Shown here in pieces: positions 11,372 through 24,439 of a stretch of DNA of 64,000 nucleotides (within the stretch, counting starts at the first letter, position 1; each line of letters begins with the position of its first letter). The notes below the pieces were generated by a model that saw only the letters and a list, made by a program, of their open reading frames with translations, was not told the origin of the DNA and did no database searches. This DNA is from Perkinsela sp. CCAP 1560/9 (lineage: Eukaryota > Protista > Euglenozoa: Kinetoplastea), in contig CBFFSA010000010.1 in NCBI GenBank assembly GCA_965644495.1, positions 434,001 through 498,000 of the forward strand. Reading direction: 5' to 3'. The position numbers and the translations under genes are program-made.

Positions 11372-12337
11372 CAGTGGTTTCAGTAGATCTTGCCCCCCCC
11401 ATCGGAATTTTGATTTTTTTAATCCGTTTTTGCTCATCTTTGCAGCATTGGAGAGATCTCGTTCCCCTAGCGAAGAGGTTTGCCGCCTTTTTTTCATAGA
11501 GACCGTCTGGTGCCCCCTGGGTGACCCGAAAGTCGACAAAAATTAAAAAATGACACTTTTTTACCATCAAAAATGGAACAAAAAAGGGAATTTGTGTCCA
11601 AAAGTTAACTCTAAAGGAAAAGAACTAGTATCCGGAATGGCCTCCATTGTTTTGCAACACTTTTTGAAGTCTATTTGGGACTGAATCAATTGTGTTGCAC
11701 ACTTTACATTTTTCTTGAGGACTTTGTGGGATATTGGGGGGATATTGTCATTCCACCCTTGTACGTACTCCCCCTGTTTGGGGTTAGCGGGTCTGGTCTG
11801 CATAATGTAAAGGTGTTGACTAAATTGAACTAGGCAATAGAGAAAGAACTAGTATCCGGAATGGCTTCCATTGTTTTGCAACACGCTTCGAAGTCTATTT
11901 GGGATTGAATCAATTGTGTTGCACACATTGTGGGGTTGTCTTCTCTTTTGTCATTACATTGTTCGACGCACTCCCCCTGTTTGGGGTATGAGGGTCTGAT
12001 CTTCATAATGTAGAGGTGTTGACTATATTAAATTAAGCGATAGGGATGGTACTAGACATAGAGCTTTCAAATTATCAATCTAGAACACTATTACTCGTAC
12101 TTACATGTGTAAAATGTACAGAAATCGGGAAAATGTGGCAAAAAATGGTTGTGTACACAGAAAACGTCCAAAAAACAGTGTTTTTTGGACCCAGGGGGCA
12201 CCAGGGGGTCTCTATGAAGAAAGGGCGGCAAAGCTCTTCGCTACGAGAACGAGATCTCTCTAATGCTGCAAAGATGAGCAAAAACGGATAAAAAAAATCA
12301 ATTTTCCGAGGAGGGGCAAGATCAACTGAAACCACTG
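11372..12337. mobile_element. Non-autonomous Tc1/mariner-type element with ~150-bp TIRs and an internal ~225-bp tandem duplication
   Basis: Begins TA|CAGTGGTTTCAG and ends CTGAAACCACTG. Internal direct repeats at about 11617-11830 and 11843-12030. Confidence 0.85.
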
Positions 12338-13200
12338 TGGTTATACACCCTCAGTGGTGATACACGTATGTGAGCGACCAGATTCTATACAAAGAAGTGT
12401 GCACTCAATTTCTCGATTTTGTAGTATATTTAATTATAGCATGTACACACGGAGAACGTTCATGGTACGTATTCAGCAAATTTCACATGATGACGATTCA
12501 CTGTCAAACACTTGAAACGCTATGATAACAAATCTCTTGAGCATCACGGACTGAAGATAGGGCTGTGAATATTGTTACAGTCATTAACTTATATTGAGGG
12601 GGATACTACTCCCTCGCTACTCTATATTAAACCTTGTTCCGGGTTAATGTGCCTAGACCCAGTTATTGTGCAGGGGGGCACAATAAGTGGAAACGACCAT
12701 TATTCTTGTGCCCCCCTCCAAAATGTTGGCGGCACGAAAATGGGTGTTTTATTCCCATTTTCTCGTAATTGACTTCATTTAACAAAGCACCTCTTAAATA
12801 GAAGTAATTCTGCATATGAACATGTTTGTCCGTAAAAAAGGCGCCGCGAAGCGAGGCCAATTTTTGTTTACCCTATTTTGGTTCTTTCCAATATTTAGTT
12901 ATTGTGCCTAGAGCCAGTTATTGTGCAAGGGGGACACAATAACCCGGAACCCGTTTTAAAAGGGACTTCAAAAATTTTCCCCCTTTTTCGCCTGATTTTG
13001 GAACGAAAAACGTTCTAAAGAATGCGTTTAAATTCAAAAATATAAAAATAAACCCCCCACAGCCAACCCCCCCCCCAAACTTTTCATCCAAGTGTCCGTT
13101 TGAGCTGATTTTTGTTGCATTTTGCAGATCTCAACGCAATGTCTTTGCGCGCTAAAAACCGGAATCAAAAATATCTTTCATGATAGTTTATATTTAACAT

Positions 13201-13900
13201 TTACCATTTTTTCACTTTTTCGCCTTTCAATCTTATACACGCTTTGAGGCGAGCATCGAAACTCAAAACAGTTTTATCAATCATTTTTTGTGACAAACGG
13301 GACCACGCATTGCGTATGCATCGGATGAGTGAAGATTTGTCTGATGGGGTCTGCTCGTCCACTACCTCTTGGACCATAGACCAGACGTTTTCTATGGGGG
13401 AAAGGTCTGGTGAATTGGGGGGGAGCAATTTTTCAATAGATCTTTCATTCTATTCGTAACACCCCTTAGAGGCGCGCGCGGTGTGCGCCGTGGCCCCGTC
13501 TTGCTGAAAAATACACTTCCGTGGGAAATGTCTTAATGTAGGACATGCTCGTGATAGACGAGTCAGAGTCCAGAACAACTAAGTAGCTCCACCCTACTCC
13601 TATAGCACCCTAAACTTGACATCTAGGCGCCCAGCGTACTTTTTGACGTGGAGCGGCTTTTTCACCGGGTGCTACCCACATATTCTTTCGGCCATCATTA
13701 GTATCAAAGATTTTTTCGTCTGTAAAGACGACGCGGGATGTATCCATACATGTATTGTATTTCTTTAGAAAAGCTACTCTTTTTCTTTTTTGTACCTTTG
13801 TGAGTCCTTGGCACACGGGCCTAACATTATAGTCATATCCCATGATTGAAAGATCATGAAGCACCGTGCTTTACGACACTTTAGTACCTCCCCCACTTAA
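13201..13900 (-). mobile_element. Tc1/mariner transposase pseudogene
   Basis: VVFTDEKIF, FQQDGATAHTAR and LPPNSPDLSPIENVW in broken frames. Confidence 0.9.
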
Positions 13901-14019
13901 TTTAGCCTTTATTCGCCTACCCGAGTTAATTTTTGGCACACCGGCGAGATAGAGAGGGGCAATATTTTTCGGGTACGTCTCTACTTCGTTGAATATTCAA
14001 CGAACCGCCTGCGATTCGT

Positions 14020-14906
14020 TGAACGTTGAATTCTTTACTGTGATTTACAGTAAAATGGCGGCAGTACTCCCCAAAGGTAATATACCCCCGCCACTCGTCA
14101 GCCACCACCACTGAACGTGCACTCGTTAAATGGGGAGTGATAAAACTGAGAAGCGTATTCTGGTCCCTTCACTTGACCAGCTTCCAGTGCGTTCTCCCCA
14201 TTTTCCGGTCATCAATCTCCGTGACGGTGACAAACCACCACCCAACTTTTCTAACCCGCTTTCCGCGGTGACACTTTCTTTTCCCAATGAAAGTTTCATC
14301 GACTTGCAACTTCGAAAAATTAAAGTCGACATTCTCCTGGCGAAAATAAGCGGCGCTCGAAACCATGTGCAGGAGATTAGTTACTGCCCTCTGACGCACT
14401 CCACGGTTACGGGCGATTTGTCCAGTCGTCAAATTATTTGCTATGTCCGCCCAGATTAGAAGAAGGGTGGTAAGAGCGACGCTAGATCGGCTGCGCAAGT
14501 AAGGTGCATACCGAAAAACCCTTGCCCTACACGCACTGGTGTCACCCTCCCCCCGATGAGTGCACTCAAAAAACTGAAGGCTCCCCTTGATCCCCACCAT
14601 GAACTCCCCCCCGTGACGTTTACATTGCGGTTCCGACAAGAGTCCATGATTCTTCATCCACACCTCGGCCGCTTCCCCCTGAGGAATGTATCGCATGTTT
14701 GGCCATACCCGAACGCACGCGAAGCCCTCGCACCCCCGACACACTCTGTGTGCTTCGAAGGGAGGAATTGTACCCTCAGTCCAAGATGGGTCATCTTCGC
14801 GATTTTCAACGCTACTATTGGTGTGAGAAACTTGTGTTTCCAAGAAAGCCATGAAGCAGCGCAAAAATGCTTCCGAAGTATTTCCAGTATCACTGTTGTT
14901 GTTCAT
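14020..14906 (-). mobile_element. Merlin/IS1595-like transposase (frameshifted, 3'-truncated)
   Basis: LQVDETFIGKRKCHRGKR, then ADEWRGY and HFTVNHSKEF. N-terminal CRGCEGFAC and Zn-ribbon cysteines. Confidence 0.88.
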
Positions 14907-15038
14907 TCAAAACAGGATCCGCAAAAGAAAAATGCCGTGTTTTCTATACATCAATATTAAAGAATAGTCCAGAATCCTGCGGAAGTGGCAGACATAGGTT
15001 CTCAGTGCGCCAAAAAATATAATTATGTCCCAGGGCTA

Positions 15039-15154
15039 CGCTCACAGTTGGGCCTTGCTCGCAGACGGGGGCTTTTGCCTCCAGAAGTGGGCTTCGCTCA
15101 CAGTTGGGCCTTGCTCGCAGACGGGGGCTTTTGCCTCCAGAAGTGGGCTTCGCT
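15039..15154. repeat. Perfect 56-bp tandem repeat (2 copies) upstream of the Merlin ORF
   Basis: CGCTCACAGTTGGGCC...AGAAGTGGGCTT occurs twice in tandem. Confidence 0.9.
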
Positions 15155-15276
15155 GGCAGAATCCTTGAAAATATCGATGAAAAAAATCTAGTACCGCGCG
15201 CTACCTTTGTTGCTCCGTTGAGACAATTTAAAATGTTAAAAAAATCGAACGCTCGCTCGAAAAAAAATTAAAAAGC

Positions 15277-15480
15277 ATGGCTCGAAGAAGGGATATCTTG
15301 CGAAAACAACTGCGTAGAAAGCTAGTATAGGTCTCAAACTATCAAAATACAATATGGGAAACGATTGTGTAAAAAATTTTTTTTTTCCATTTTTTTCGCC
15401 AAGTTGAAATTTTTTTCAAATTTTTTTTTCCGAAAAAATCCGAACTTGGCGGACCGGTCCTGCGGATACGCGGGGGGGTC
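15277..15480. repeat. Dispersed repeat, probably a TE subterminal module
   Basis: The (T)ATCTTG(C/T)GAAAACAA...AGAAAGCTAGTAT.GGTC block recurs at about 44446, 50244 (partial) and 61648. The CGAACTTGGCGGACC block recurs at about 44682. Confidence 0.75.
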
Positions 15481-15727
15481 TTTTGTTTTGAAAAATAATT
15501 TTTTCAAAAAAAATTTGCTCAACCATGACCCCCCCCATGGACCCCCCCTAGACCCCCCCTAGACCCCCCATTTTTTTCAATTTTTTTTTTCATTTTTGGA
15601 CCACCGGAGCCCCCTTTTATATTTTTTTCTTCTATTATATTACTGTGTTCTTCTTTATATTTTCACTGTTTTTGTTCACTTTTTTTTCAATAATCGAGGG
15701 TAGAGCGGTAGTTATATAACCACCGCA

Positions 15728-15990
15728 ATAATATTAAGAACCCTGATCCTTCATGGGACCCAAGCAAACCCATTCAAGAATGGAGAAACGTTAGACTAAA
15801 TTCTGATGGAAGGCTATTCGCATTGACTGGCAGCGTATGGGACTTCAAGGAACCCTTTCATGGGAATTTCTTCCAAGCACTTTGCGTCTTATTCTGTTAC
15901 AGACGAACTGCCAACTTAACGCAACGTATCGTTAACTTGGAAAAACTTGTTTCTCCAAAAACAAGCGTGTTCGACACCTCGGCGGATTCA
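15728..15990 (+). pseudogene. Frameshifted LRR-family pseudogene (missed by the ORF track)
   Basis: Reads NIKNPDPSWDPSKPIQEWRNVRLNSDG, then after a frameshift IRIDWQRMGLQGTLSWEFLPSTLR, matching the family cap region. Confidence 0.75.
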
Positions 15991-16921
15991 ACGTTGGATT
16001 CAATCCAACACTGAGCAGGAGCGTTGGGAAGTTGTGGGCTCCGCAACTAGCGAGTTGCTGACCTCTGGGGAGCCGCACTATTCATCGAATTTAGACTGCA
16101 CACTATTTTTAACTGCTAATGCATCGTCTAAAAGTTGAGCATCCAAGCAAGTGTTCATCCATGGGTCTGTAACTGATAACAATTCTGTGTGCGTGAAAAA
16201 ACGCTTTGCTAAGTCCTCATGGATTTCATCTTCGTGACACTCAGTGTCTTTCAGGGAAGCCTACAGGCTATATCGCTATACTCTCTTCCCCATTCCACTC
16301 ATCCTCACAGGATCAACCTGACTCATCGCTTGGCCCAGTCGGGATCGTCACTTGCGGAGAGGGCAGAGCTGGTGTTCAAGTCACTAGACGTCACAGCGGA
16401 TGTGTCGGAAAAGGCAGAAAGACTGTTCCGATTCAAAATCAAGAACTCCAGGTGTCACAAGGATTATGTGACCCAGTGACACGTTAAAAAAATAAAGAAA
16501 ACACGAGTTCAAAAAAGAGTTCAAAAAAACTTGATCATGTGAGGTAAAATTTGAAACTACGCTCATAAAGCTTAGAATCACGAATTTAAAACAATTTTCC
16601 GACGTTCTGCTTTATATTGACAACTTTTATATTGACAACTCACAAGTGAGTATTCCTATTTCGTCTGTCATGTTAATTTGGTTTTCAAGCATTTCCCCAC
16701 CTTACAACCTCCAGGACTAAGAACAGGGTACAACTACCGTGTTCCGCGGTACTACTTGTACTGTACAAGTAGTACTTGTAGTGTGTCTGTCACTTTTTCA
16801 CGAAAAGTAGTGACAGATAACTAGAGGGGTACAGTAATTAGGATTAGAACACAACAGTAGCGGGGAAGACATTGCCTTACCCTATGTTACCTTACCTTCT
16901 ACCGTCTTACCTTCATACCTT

Positions 16922-17230
16922 TTACAGTCTCATAACACACCTACAAGGCCTGGAAACGAATCGAAGGATATGAAGAAGCGATGGTGGTAGCCACCCAATA
17001 CAACGGGGATTGTATTCTGGGGGTAGTGGCGAGGACCCAGCCCCGTTATTTGCTTCACTTTGACGAGAAGCGGTCCGCTGACGCCACTTCTGGTAAACGC
17101 AAGACCGCTTCCCCGAAACAGAGCGCCACATACATTCGACAAAGTCGCCCACTTCACCTTGGACCCCGGGAGCATAGAGATGGCCTTCTTGAAGGTACGC
17201 TTCAAGATGAGCAGTGGCCTATTCAATGAA
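16922..17230 (-). mobile_element. Fragment of an orphan TE-associated ORF family (homologous to 53716-54412)
   Basis: GDFVECMWRSVSGKRS here versus ADFVESLWRSVSGKRS at 53716-54237. Confidence 0.7.
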
Positions 17231-17533
17231 ATACACGCTCCGGGGTCGGACGCTCAAAAGCAGATAGCTACTGCGTCTGATGGAATATAGCGTATGAATT
17301 TCATTTAAGAGAGGAGGACCAGTGGCAATGGATATTTTTTTTTATGCTTGATCGATTTGACGCAATTTCATCCCAGAAAATTTCATCTTGTCGTAGCAGA
17401 CATGTTTGCTCGCGGTGAGGGAGACTTCCAGTGTGCGGTGTCTAATCGTGCTTTTGTAAGGTCCTGGAGCGCGCAGAGGCTGGAAAAGTTGGCCCGGGCG
17501 GGGTGATGGTGGATGAGAGAAGGGAGGCTACTC

Positions 17534-18110
17534 CTACCTTGCGACAAAGAGGATCAGTTTCATCCCCCAATTGAGACATTTCCGTGGTCGATAGTTCAAC
17601 TTTCGTGCCGTCTTACTAACTTCAGCCTGCGTCAAAATGTCGAAAGCATCAGACTTTGAATGATGTTGACGAACCAAGCCATTCATATTTTCAACGGCCC
17701 CTTTTTCCCATGAGTGATAGGCTGACAGAACTACGACCTGCAATTTAACTTTTGATTTACCTTCTCATGATTCCAAAATTCTGTCCCATTGTCATAAATA
17801 ATAGTAAGAACTTTAAATTTCTTTAACCCTTTCAGTACCTCCCTTTCAACTTGCTTTGCCTGCTTGGTTTTGAGAGTGCGAAGAACAACGAATCTACTCT
17901 TGCGCTGACACAATGTTAAAATATATCCACTTTTTTTACTTCCTTCCGCAAGATCAGCTTCCCAGTCACCAGAGTGGCGCCGTCTGTCGACGATTTTCGG
18001 ACGCTTACTAATAGGGGCGCAGTTTCATATCGTGCTCCGGCCGTTCGTGCGACGCTTCTATGGTCGTCTCCCTCTAATACGAAGAGCCTTGTGTACATTT
18101 CCTCCCGGCC
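17534..18110 (-). mobile_element. IS30-family transposase pseudogene
   Basis: Reads HKALR...ISKRPKIVDRRRHSGDWEADL...ILTLCQRKSRF, TIIYDNGTEF, AYHSWEKGAVENMNGLVRQ and LNYRPRKCLNW, all hallmark IS30 motifs. Confidence 0.88.
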
Positions 18111-18144
18111 CCTTCCCTCTTAATGATCTTCCTCGAGTATTTAC

Positions 18145-18802
18145 ACGACTTTGGGGCCATAGTAACCATTTTACGGGAGGACTGGATTTCACCACATTGC
18201 CCCCGCAGATCCGGATTATATATTTGTATGAAAACGCTTTTTCGGGTCCTGTGTGCTTTACATCGCTGCCTGCATCCATTGTAGAATTGGCCCTTGACTG
18301 CAGCCGTTTGGAAGGATCGGTCGATGTGAGTCACCTCCCATCGTCGCTAATATCGCTCTCCTTGTATAACAACTCTTTCACGGGATCGCTCGATTTTTCA
18401 AGACTGTCGCGTTCCCTGAAAGGGCTTGCACTGGCTGACAATAAATTTGTTGGCGAAGTGGACATTTCGGTCCTTCCCAATCGCTTGAAATTTGTCTCTT
18501 TTTTTAAGAACGACCTTACCGTGTACATAGATATGTATCGAAAACCCCATAAGTTATCCACACTTTGTGTTTCAAACCCTCCTCGGATGAAAACTGATTT
18601 GAGTACTATTCCAACTCGGTTTGCGAAATATGATGCAATGTCAGGTGAATGGTTTGCTTATAACGGATCTGTTCCTGAGGGTCTTCAGGAGAGCATCGAA
18701 AAGATCGAAGAATCGACGGAACAGTTTGTGGATTCTACATGGTGGAATGCACTTGACCAGGATGGGTGGCACGTCGTCGCCTTAGGGAAATATGAAGGAT
18801 AG
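18145..18802 (+). pseudogene. 5'-truncated LRR gene with a non-LRR tail; the first ~35 aa of ORF 18032 are antisense IS30 sequence
   Basis: About 5 LRRs, without the N-terminal motif or cap. Confidence 0.75.
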
Positions 18803-19299
18803 GCTTTAAGTTAATAATGGAGACTGATTTTGTACATTGGAATATAGGGGGTGGCACTCGGGTCAGATTGAGGCAATATTGCACAGTTTCCGAAAAAAAA
18901 TGAAAATGAACTATTTCTATTTCAGAAGCACATAAAATCAACTAACATAAAATTATTGTGACCCCTCCCTTTATACTTCGCCCATTTTGAGCGGTAACGA
19001 AGTATAAAGGGGGGTCTGAATCTTTTCCCCGCTGTAAAAAAGGCCGCGCCGCGAAGCGGCGCGGCTCATCCAGTTTTCCTGTCTTTCCTTTTATACCACC
19101 TTCCATTTCTAGAAGGGAAGGCTTAGAGCGTTCTTGTTTTTTTCTAACAATTTTACAAAAAACACGAAAATCTCTTTTATCAGCCTCTTTTATCAGAGAC
19201 TGGCGTAATGAAAATTTCTTCAAGTTTTCCCGCTCTGCAGGTTTCACATAGAGTTTGCGCAATGTCGCTTCCCGCCTGGCGGACTCTTCGATTCTGATG

Positions 19300-19940
19300 A
19301 TTTTAGAAAAAAAGGTTTCATCCACTTGTATAAAGGCAAGTGTTCCTTCCGCCTCTTGTCTTCGATACTGATGAGCCCATGCCATGATATGATCCAACGT
19401 CTGGCATAACTTGCATATCGCCTGCTCAGAAATTCCACTCTTCGGCTACATCCTTTCCTTTCATTGAGCGTGAATACACAATGAGGCCTAGGATTACTTG
19501 GGTAGAAGTGAGTTGACATTTCGAGAGCAGAAGTGGAGACTCCAGCGCGTATCGGGCTCGACAAGTGCGCACGGGACATGCCCATCGCCCCAACGCACGT
19601 GGTTTGCGGATGTCCACGTTCACATTTTACGGTTTAGGTAATGAGTTTGTGCTCTCTGAGCCATGAAACGCCGTCCCCTGCATCCCATGACCCAACCTTG
19701 CTCATGACCATAATTTTAGCACACGAAATATCTGCACACCCTGCACAAACCGGTCGCGGCGCCTTTTTTTTCGTTGTTAAACAAGGTTCTGCTCCCTTTC
19801 GATAAACTTTTTGTTGTTGGGGTAGAGCTGAAAAAAAAATCGATTTTTTTTTGATCTTCCCTGAAATCTATTTGGGCCTTCCAGACAAAATGGCCCTATT
19901 AAAGGGGGGGCACGTAGCCCTATTAAATAGGGAGGGATAG
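19300..19940 (-). mobile_element. Merlin-like N-terminal fragment next to a DNA-transposon end shared with 41238-41326
   Basis: WACPVRTC Zn ribbon and FIQVDETFF. The terminal CCAGACAAAATGG...CCTATTAAATAGGG.GGGATAG|TA is repeated at 41326. Confidence 0.7.
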
Positions 19941-20243
19941 TATTCAATTTACCTTAAAAAAGCCCACTAACACCCACAGTGATTGCCGCTGAACAACGAT
20001 GGAACAACGCTTTCGAAAGCTACGAAGCGTGTTTACGCAATCTGTGTCTTGTTCGTTCTTCAATTTGCGAAACGCAACGTTGATATAAACGCTGTATGAA
20101 AATACAGCTATTGATTTGTTGCAAATCGCAGGTATTTGCATGTATACAATATATTTCTACACTCCGGGACCCTTGATCCCTTGACGGATCATGGTAGTAT
20201 CAGGTTTAACTTTTTGAAGAACTTTCTTGATTCTTAGTACTTT

Positions 20244-21125
20244 ATGACAAGTGGCTGGCTTTACCTGCTACTCCTACGCGTGTTTGTTTTCCATTCTCAT
20301 TGTTGTGTCACTCTGGACGACGTGCCGCAACAACCTCCGCGGAAGAGACGAAAATTTGGAAGCAAGGTCAGCTCAGTAACCCTCTCTGAGATCGACATGA
20401 TGCGCCGTCTCGTATTAAATCTTCATGACACCCCTCCTTCGTGGAAGAAGCGACCCTCCGCTTGTTCTTGGAAAGGCGTAAAGTGTAACGCTGAATCCCA
20501 AGTTTCACGCCTACAATGGAGGTATTTCCCGCTCTCCGGTAACCTTACATGGAGTTACTTGCCCCCACACGTCACCTACGTTAATACCGAACATAGTATC
20601 ATCGGAAGAGCTTTAACGGGAATCTTACATTCCTCCGATTTGGTCACCCCACTAGAATCCTTTAATGCTGCAGAACACACACATCGAGGTGTGTTTGATT
20701 TCACGACACTACCTGTACAGCTTCAAGAGCTATACATAAAGGGTAATAAGCTAGAAGGCCCTGTCGATCTCACTCAGTTACCCCCAAAAATAAGGAAAAT
20801 ATACTCTGGGGATAATCGTTTTGAAGGACCGATTGAGCTTCACGCATTACCTCCTGGGATAAGCGTCCTTGCCTTGAATGACAATATGCTGACCGGGACG
20901 CTAGATCTTGATCATCTCCCGAAATCCATGGGCTTACTTGCTCTGGAAAGTAATCGTTTCGAGGGGACTACTAATCTTTCGTCTCTTCCGTCTTCACTAT
21001 GGCATCTTGATCTCTCGAAGAACCAGCTCACCGGAGTAACCGCAGAAGGCCTAGACAAGGACAAGCTGAAACAAATACACCTGAGTGACAACCTCTTTGA
21101 CTCATCACTCGAACAATGGGTTTGA
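20244..21125 (+). CDS. 23-aa LRR family protein with a signal-peptide-like N-terminus and an NLS-like PRKRRK
   Basis: Starts MTSGWLYLLLLRVFVF, then ACSWKGVKC cap and about 7-8 LRRs. Confidence 0.9.
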   Translation: MTSGWLYLLLLRVFVFHSHCCVTLDDVPQQPPRKRRKFGSKVSSVTLSEIDMMRRLVLNLHDTPPSWKKRPSACSWKGVKCNAESQVSRLQWRYFPLSGNLTWSYLPPHVTYVNTEHSIIGRALTGILHSSDLVTPLESFNAAEHTHRGVFDFTTLPVQLQELYIKGNKLEGPVDLTQLPPKIRKIYSGDNRFEGPIELHALPPGISVLALNDNMLTGTLDLDHLPKSMGLLALESNRFEGTTNLSSLPSSLWHLDLSKNQLTGVTAEGLDKDKLKQIHLSDNLFDSSLEQWV

Positions 21126-21849
21126 ATCCATGCATCCACCATAGTGGTTCTTGGTTCGGAAAATTCATTGCGTTGAATCAAGTAGTGTCTTCATTGCAGT
21201 GATCAATTTATAGTCCGTGGGCACCGGACATATTCATAATATTTGATAACCTTTTGACCGAAAATATACGGAAACGTATTTCAAACATACAGTATGCAAA
21301 AAAAACTGTTCACATGTTTAACACTTTTTTATTGCTGGAGTTTCCCTGTGGCCAGGTGTCGTGTGCATTGAAGTAGTATATCAGAGTAGTGTACGCGTGG
21401 GTACTACATACCCCAACAGTTAATTTACCAATTAACCAATTAACCGTGTTAATTAACCACTAATTAACGAGTAGTTAATTTGGTTGACCACAAAGCGGTT
21501 TCGCGGATGCGCGCACAGCAAGGTGGAAGAATATGCACGTTCTGTGTACTCAGCGAGAGGTGGAGTGAAGGGGTGAATAGGCGGGGACTTGGAGGGGTGG
21601 AAAGGGGTGAGATCTCGCATTTTCATTGTCCTACAATGTATGATATGGTGAGAAAGATAGGTTCGATCATAAATACATTTATACCTAAATACACGAATGT
21701 AATATAATCGATTCGTAAGATAGTGTACTGAGCATGACTTACCTTCAGGAGTGTTTGTTATTAATAGAGATACGCGAAGAAATACTCCAAGCACTAGCAC
21801 GATACTGAGAAAAGCCACGTAAAACGTAGTTCCGACAATAACAATAACA

Positions 21850-24350
21850 ACACTGAGAGAAAAACCAGAGAAGAATATCTCAGATACGAGGAAGAAATAC
21901 AGCGAAACTGAGCTCTGGACGTATGAATATTAACATGGATAAAACTTTAACACTTCTTTATTTAAATTTAATATGAATACAACACTTCTTCAGCTCAGTT
22001 TTGATCGTCTGATAACTTTTCTTCAGGTTCAAAAATAACACTAGTCATAATAGCTTCAAAATAACACTAGTCATAATAAATGTAAAACGAAACAATGTAT
22101 TTCTATTGTTCAACACAGAGAAAAACCAGAGAAAAATATCTCAGATGCGAGGAAGAAATACAACGAAACGGAGCTCTGGACGTATGAATATTAACATGGA
22201 TAAAACTTTAACACTCCTTTATTTAAATCTAATATGAATACAACACTTCTTCAGCTCAGTTTTGATCGTCGGATAACTTTTCTTCAGCTTCAAAAATTTG
22301 AACGCCGCATAATTTGTTAACATGCTCCAAGTTGGCGTGCAAAAACATCTGGGTACAAACGTGTTCTGGAGATAGCGATGTTTGTCGAGAGTTGAATTTG
22401 TCACCCATTATTGAGATTATTGAGTCACATTGGGTAAGTACAGGAGGAACCCAGAGATAGCACTTCGCAATATGATACACATCGGGAAATTCAAACTTTC
22501 CAACGCCTTCCCACCACTCAGTTTCGGTGCAGTTCCCTCCCGGCCAATTGAAATCCTGGCAGAAAACGAACTCCCACGCTTCAACAGAACACTGAAACAT
22601 CGGGATGTTGTTACCGAGCATGTCGTTAATAACGTCGACGGAAGGTGGAGAAATAGTTTTGTCGCGGAATGTTATACGTATATGGAGGACTCAACCACAA
22701 AACCTTGCTCCCAAATTTCATAGAATGATGCTTTTCTAAACGCTGTGAATGATAATTTAGTGCGCTTTGCAAACTGTCATTGTGAATCGCATCGTTCTTT
22801 CATTTTTGCAAGACAGGTATCACCGAAGTTGCCATAGGTTTTCGTTTGTCATCCGAAAAAAGTTTGAGTGCGTTTTGCGAAGGATGTAGCCGTTTGAGAA
22901 AGGCATGCGCTGTATCTATCACGTTTTAAATAGCATCTGGTTGAGACAAAATTTTGTAGCATTTTATTACTGAGGCGGACGGCACCTTCGTCGGTCGGGT
23001 AGCAAGACGCTGTATGAACCGAGCAACAGTTGGGAGCACCTGTGCAAGGTACTGAATTGATAAAAATTTATCTGAACTCTAACGCGTAACTCCACCCAAC
23101 TTCGGAGTCTTGCACACAGGGGCACGCTTAGCTGTCTCAATATCAGTATCAAGGGAAGAAAATGCAACGCGTAGGGTCTCATGCTTCTCTTTCAATGTGA
23201 GATCTGGCGAAGACAATTTTTCATGGAGGTCCTGAGCGGAAAGAACAACTAGCATTAACACCTGTACAGCTTCTAATAACATTTTTAGGACTCCAACCTT
23301 AGCCTGGCAGTCTAGCTATTGTGCGTCTAGCATTCCATGCCTTTGACGCAGCTTTCCGATGGCGCTTTGGAGCTTATCATCGAAGTCCGCAAGGTGAACC
23401 TCAAGTGCGACACCTGCATACTCACCTCCTCGCCCAGAATTTCGAGTAGAACCGTAGAATGATTGGGCGAAGGCTTTCCTTAGCTTAAAGAGATCAGTTT
23501 CTTCGTATTCCTTCAAAGCGTCTTTTGCGACGTTGTTAAGGAAGTGTCCAATGCATGGTATGAGTACTAAATGTGGTTCAGCAGCGGTGAAATTTTGATG
23601 GAAGTCTCTCCAGTCGGATTCGCCTATAGGGTCAATTTGCGAATATAGTTCACCCAGTGCACTGTACGCCTCAGAACGTGCTACGTGATTCACTGCGCAC
23701 CCATCTACCACCAGATACGCTAGCTTGGAAAAACGTGCTCCTTGAAGTCACCTCTTTAGTTCTCTGACCACAATTTCAGCAGTATCTTTACCGCTGAAAG
23801 CTCCGAACTTTGGGTGGTACATTGGTGGCATCAGCCATCTATAGGGGCCTACGTATAATACTGCAATAAGAACATGTTCATGATGTAATCGAATGATTCC
23901 CGCATCAATGGCCATACCGAAAAGATCGTATTCATCTACAGAACTACGTATATCACCCGAAACATGCTCTTCCAATCTGTGCATGTCGCAATAGAGAGTA
24001 CGGACATTCTTCGGAAGTACATTACCAACATCCTCCGATGGCACCTGAGCTCTGAATGATTCATATTTTTGTAGCAAGGCCAGTGTCGAAGATAGTGATC
24101 CAGACGTCGTGCAAAGGAGTTGGGGAACTATCTCGTGGCATAATCGACCCGACGTAGTTGATTCGATGGATCGATCTTTCTGTGACAATGCACGGTGTTC
24201 ACACACACGTGCATGAGCACAAAGAGCGGATTGTGGTATTGAGTGAGTGATATGACCACAGCGACGACACTTCAGATGAAGATAGTGACCCATGCTATCC
24301 TTCATGCAGGAGTCATTTCCTTCGTGCTTTCGTCTCCACCGAGCGCACAC
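21850..24350 (-). mobile_element. hAT-like transposase pseudogene with a ~180-bp 3' duplication
   Basis: MAIDAG, VVDGCAVN, CIGHFLN (CxxH), PKLGGVTR and a C-terminal dimerisation motif WW....EFPDVYHIAKCYLWVP...LSPEHV..QMFLHAN. Direct repeats at about 21854-22035 and 22113-22295. Confidence 0.8.
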
Positions 24351-24439
24351 GGGATCGTCCGAGGATTTTTTTTTGCAATTTTGAAAAAAAATATTTTTGA
24401 CGGAGAATACAATATACTTTCACTTAAAACTCAATTTTA

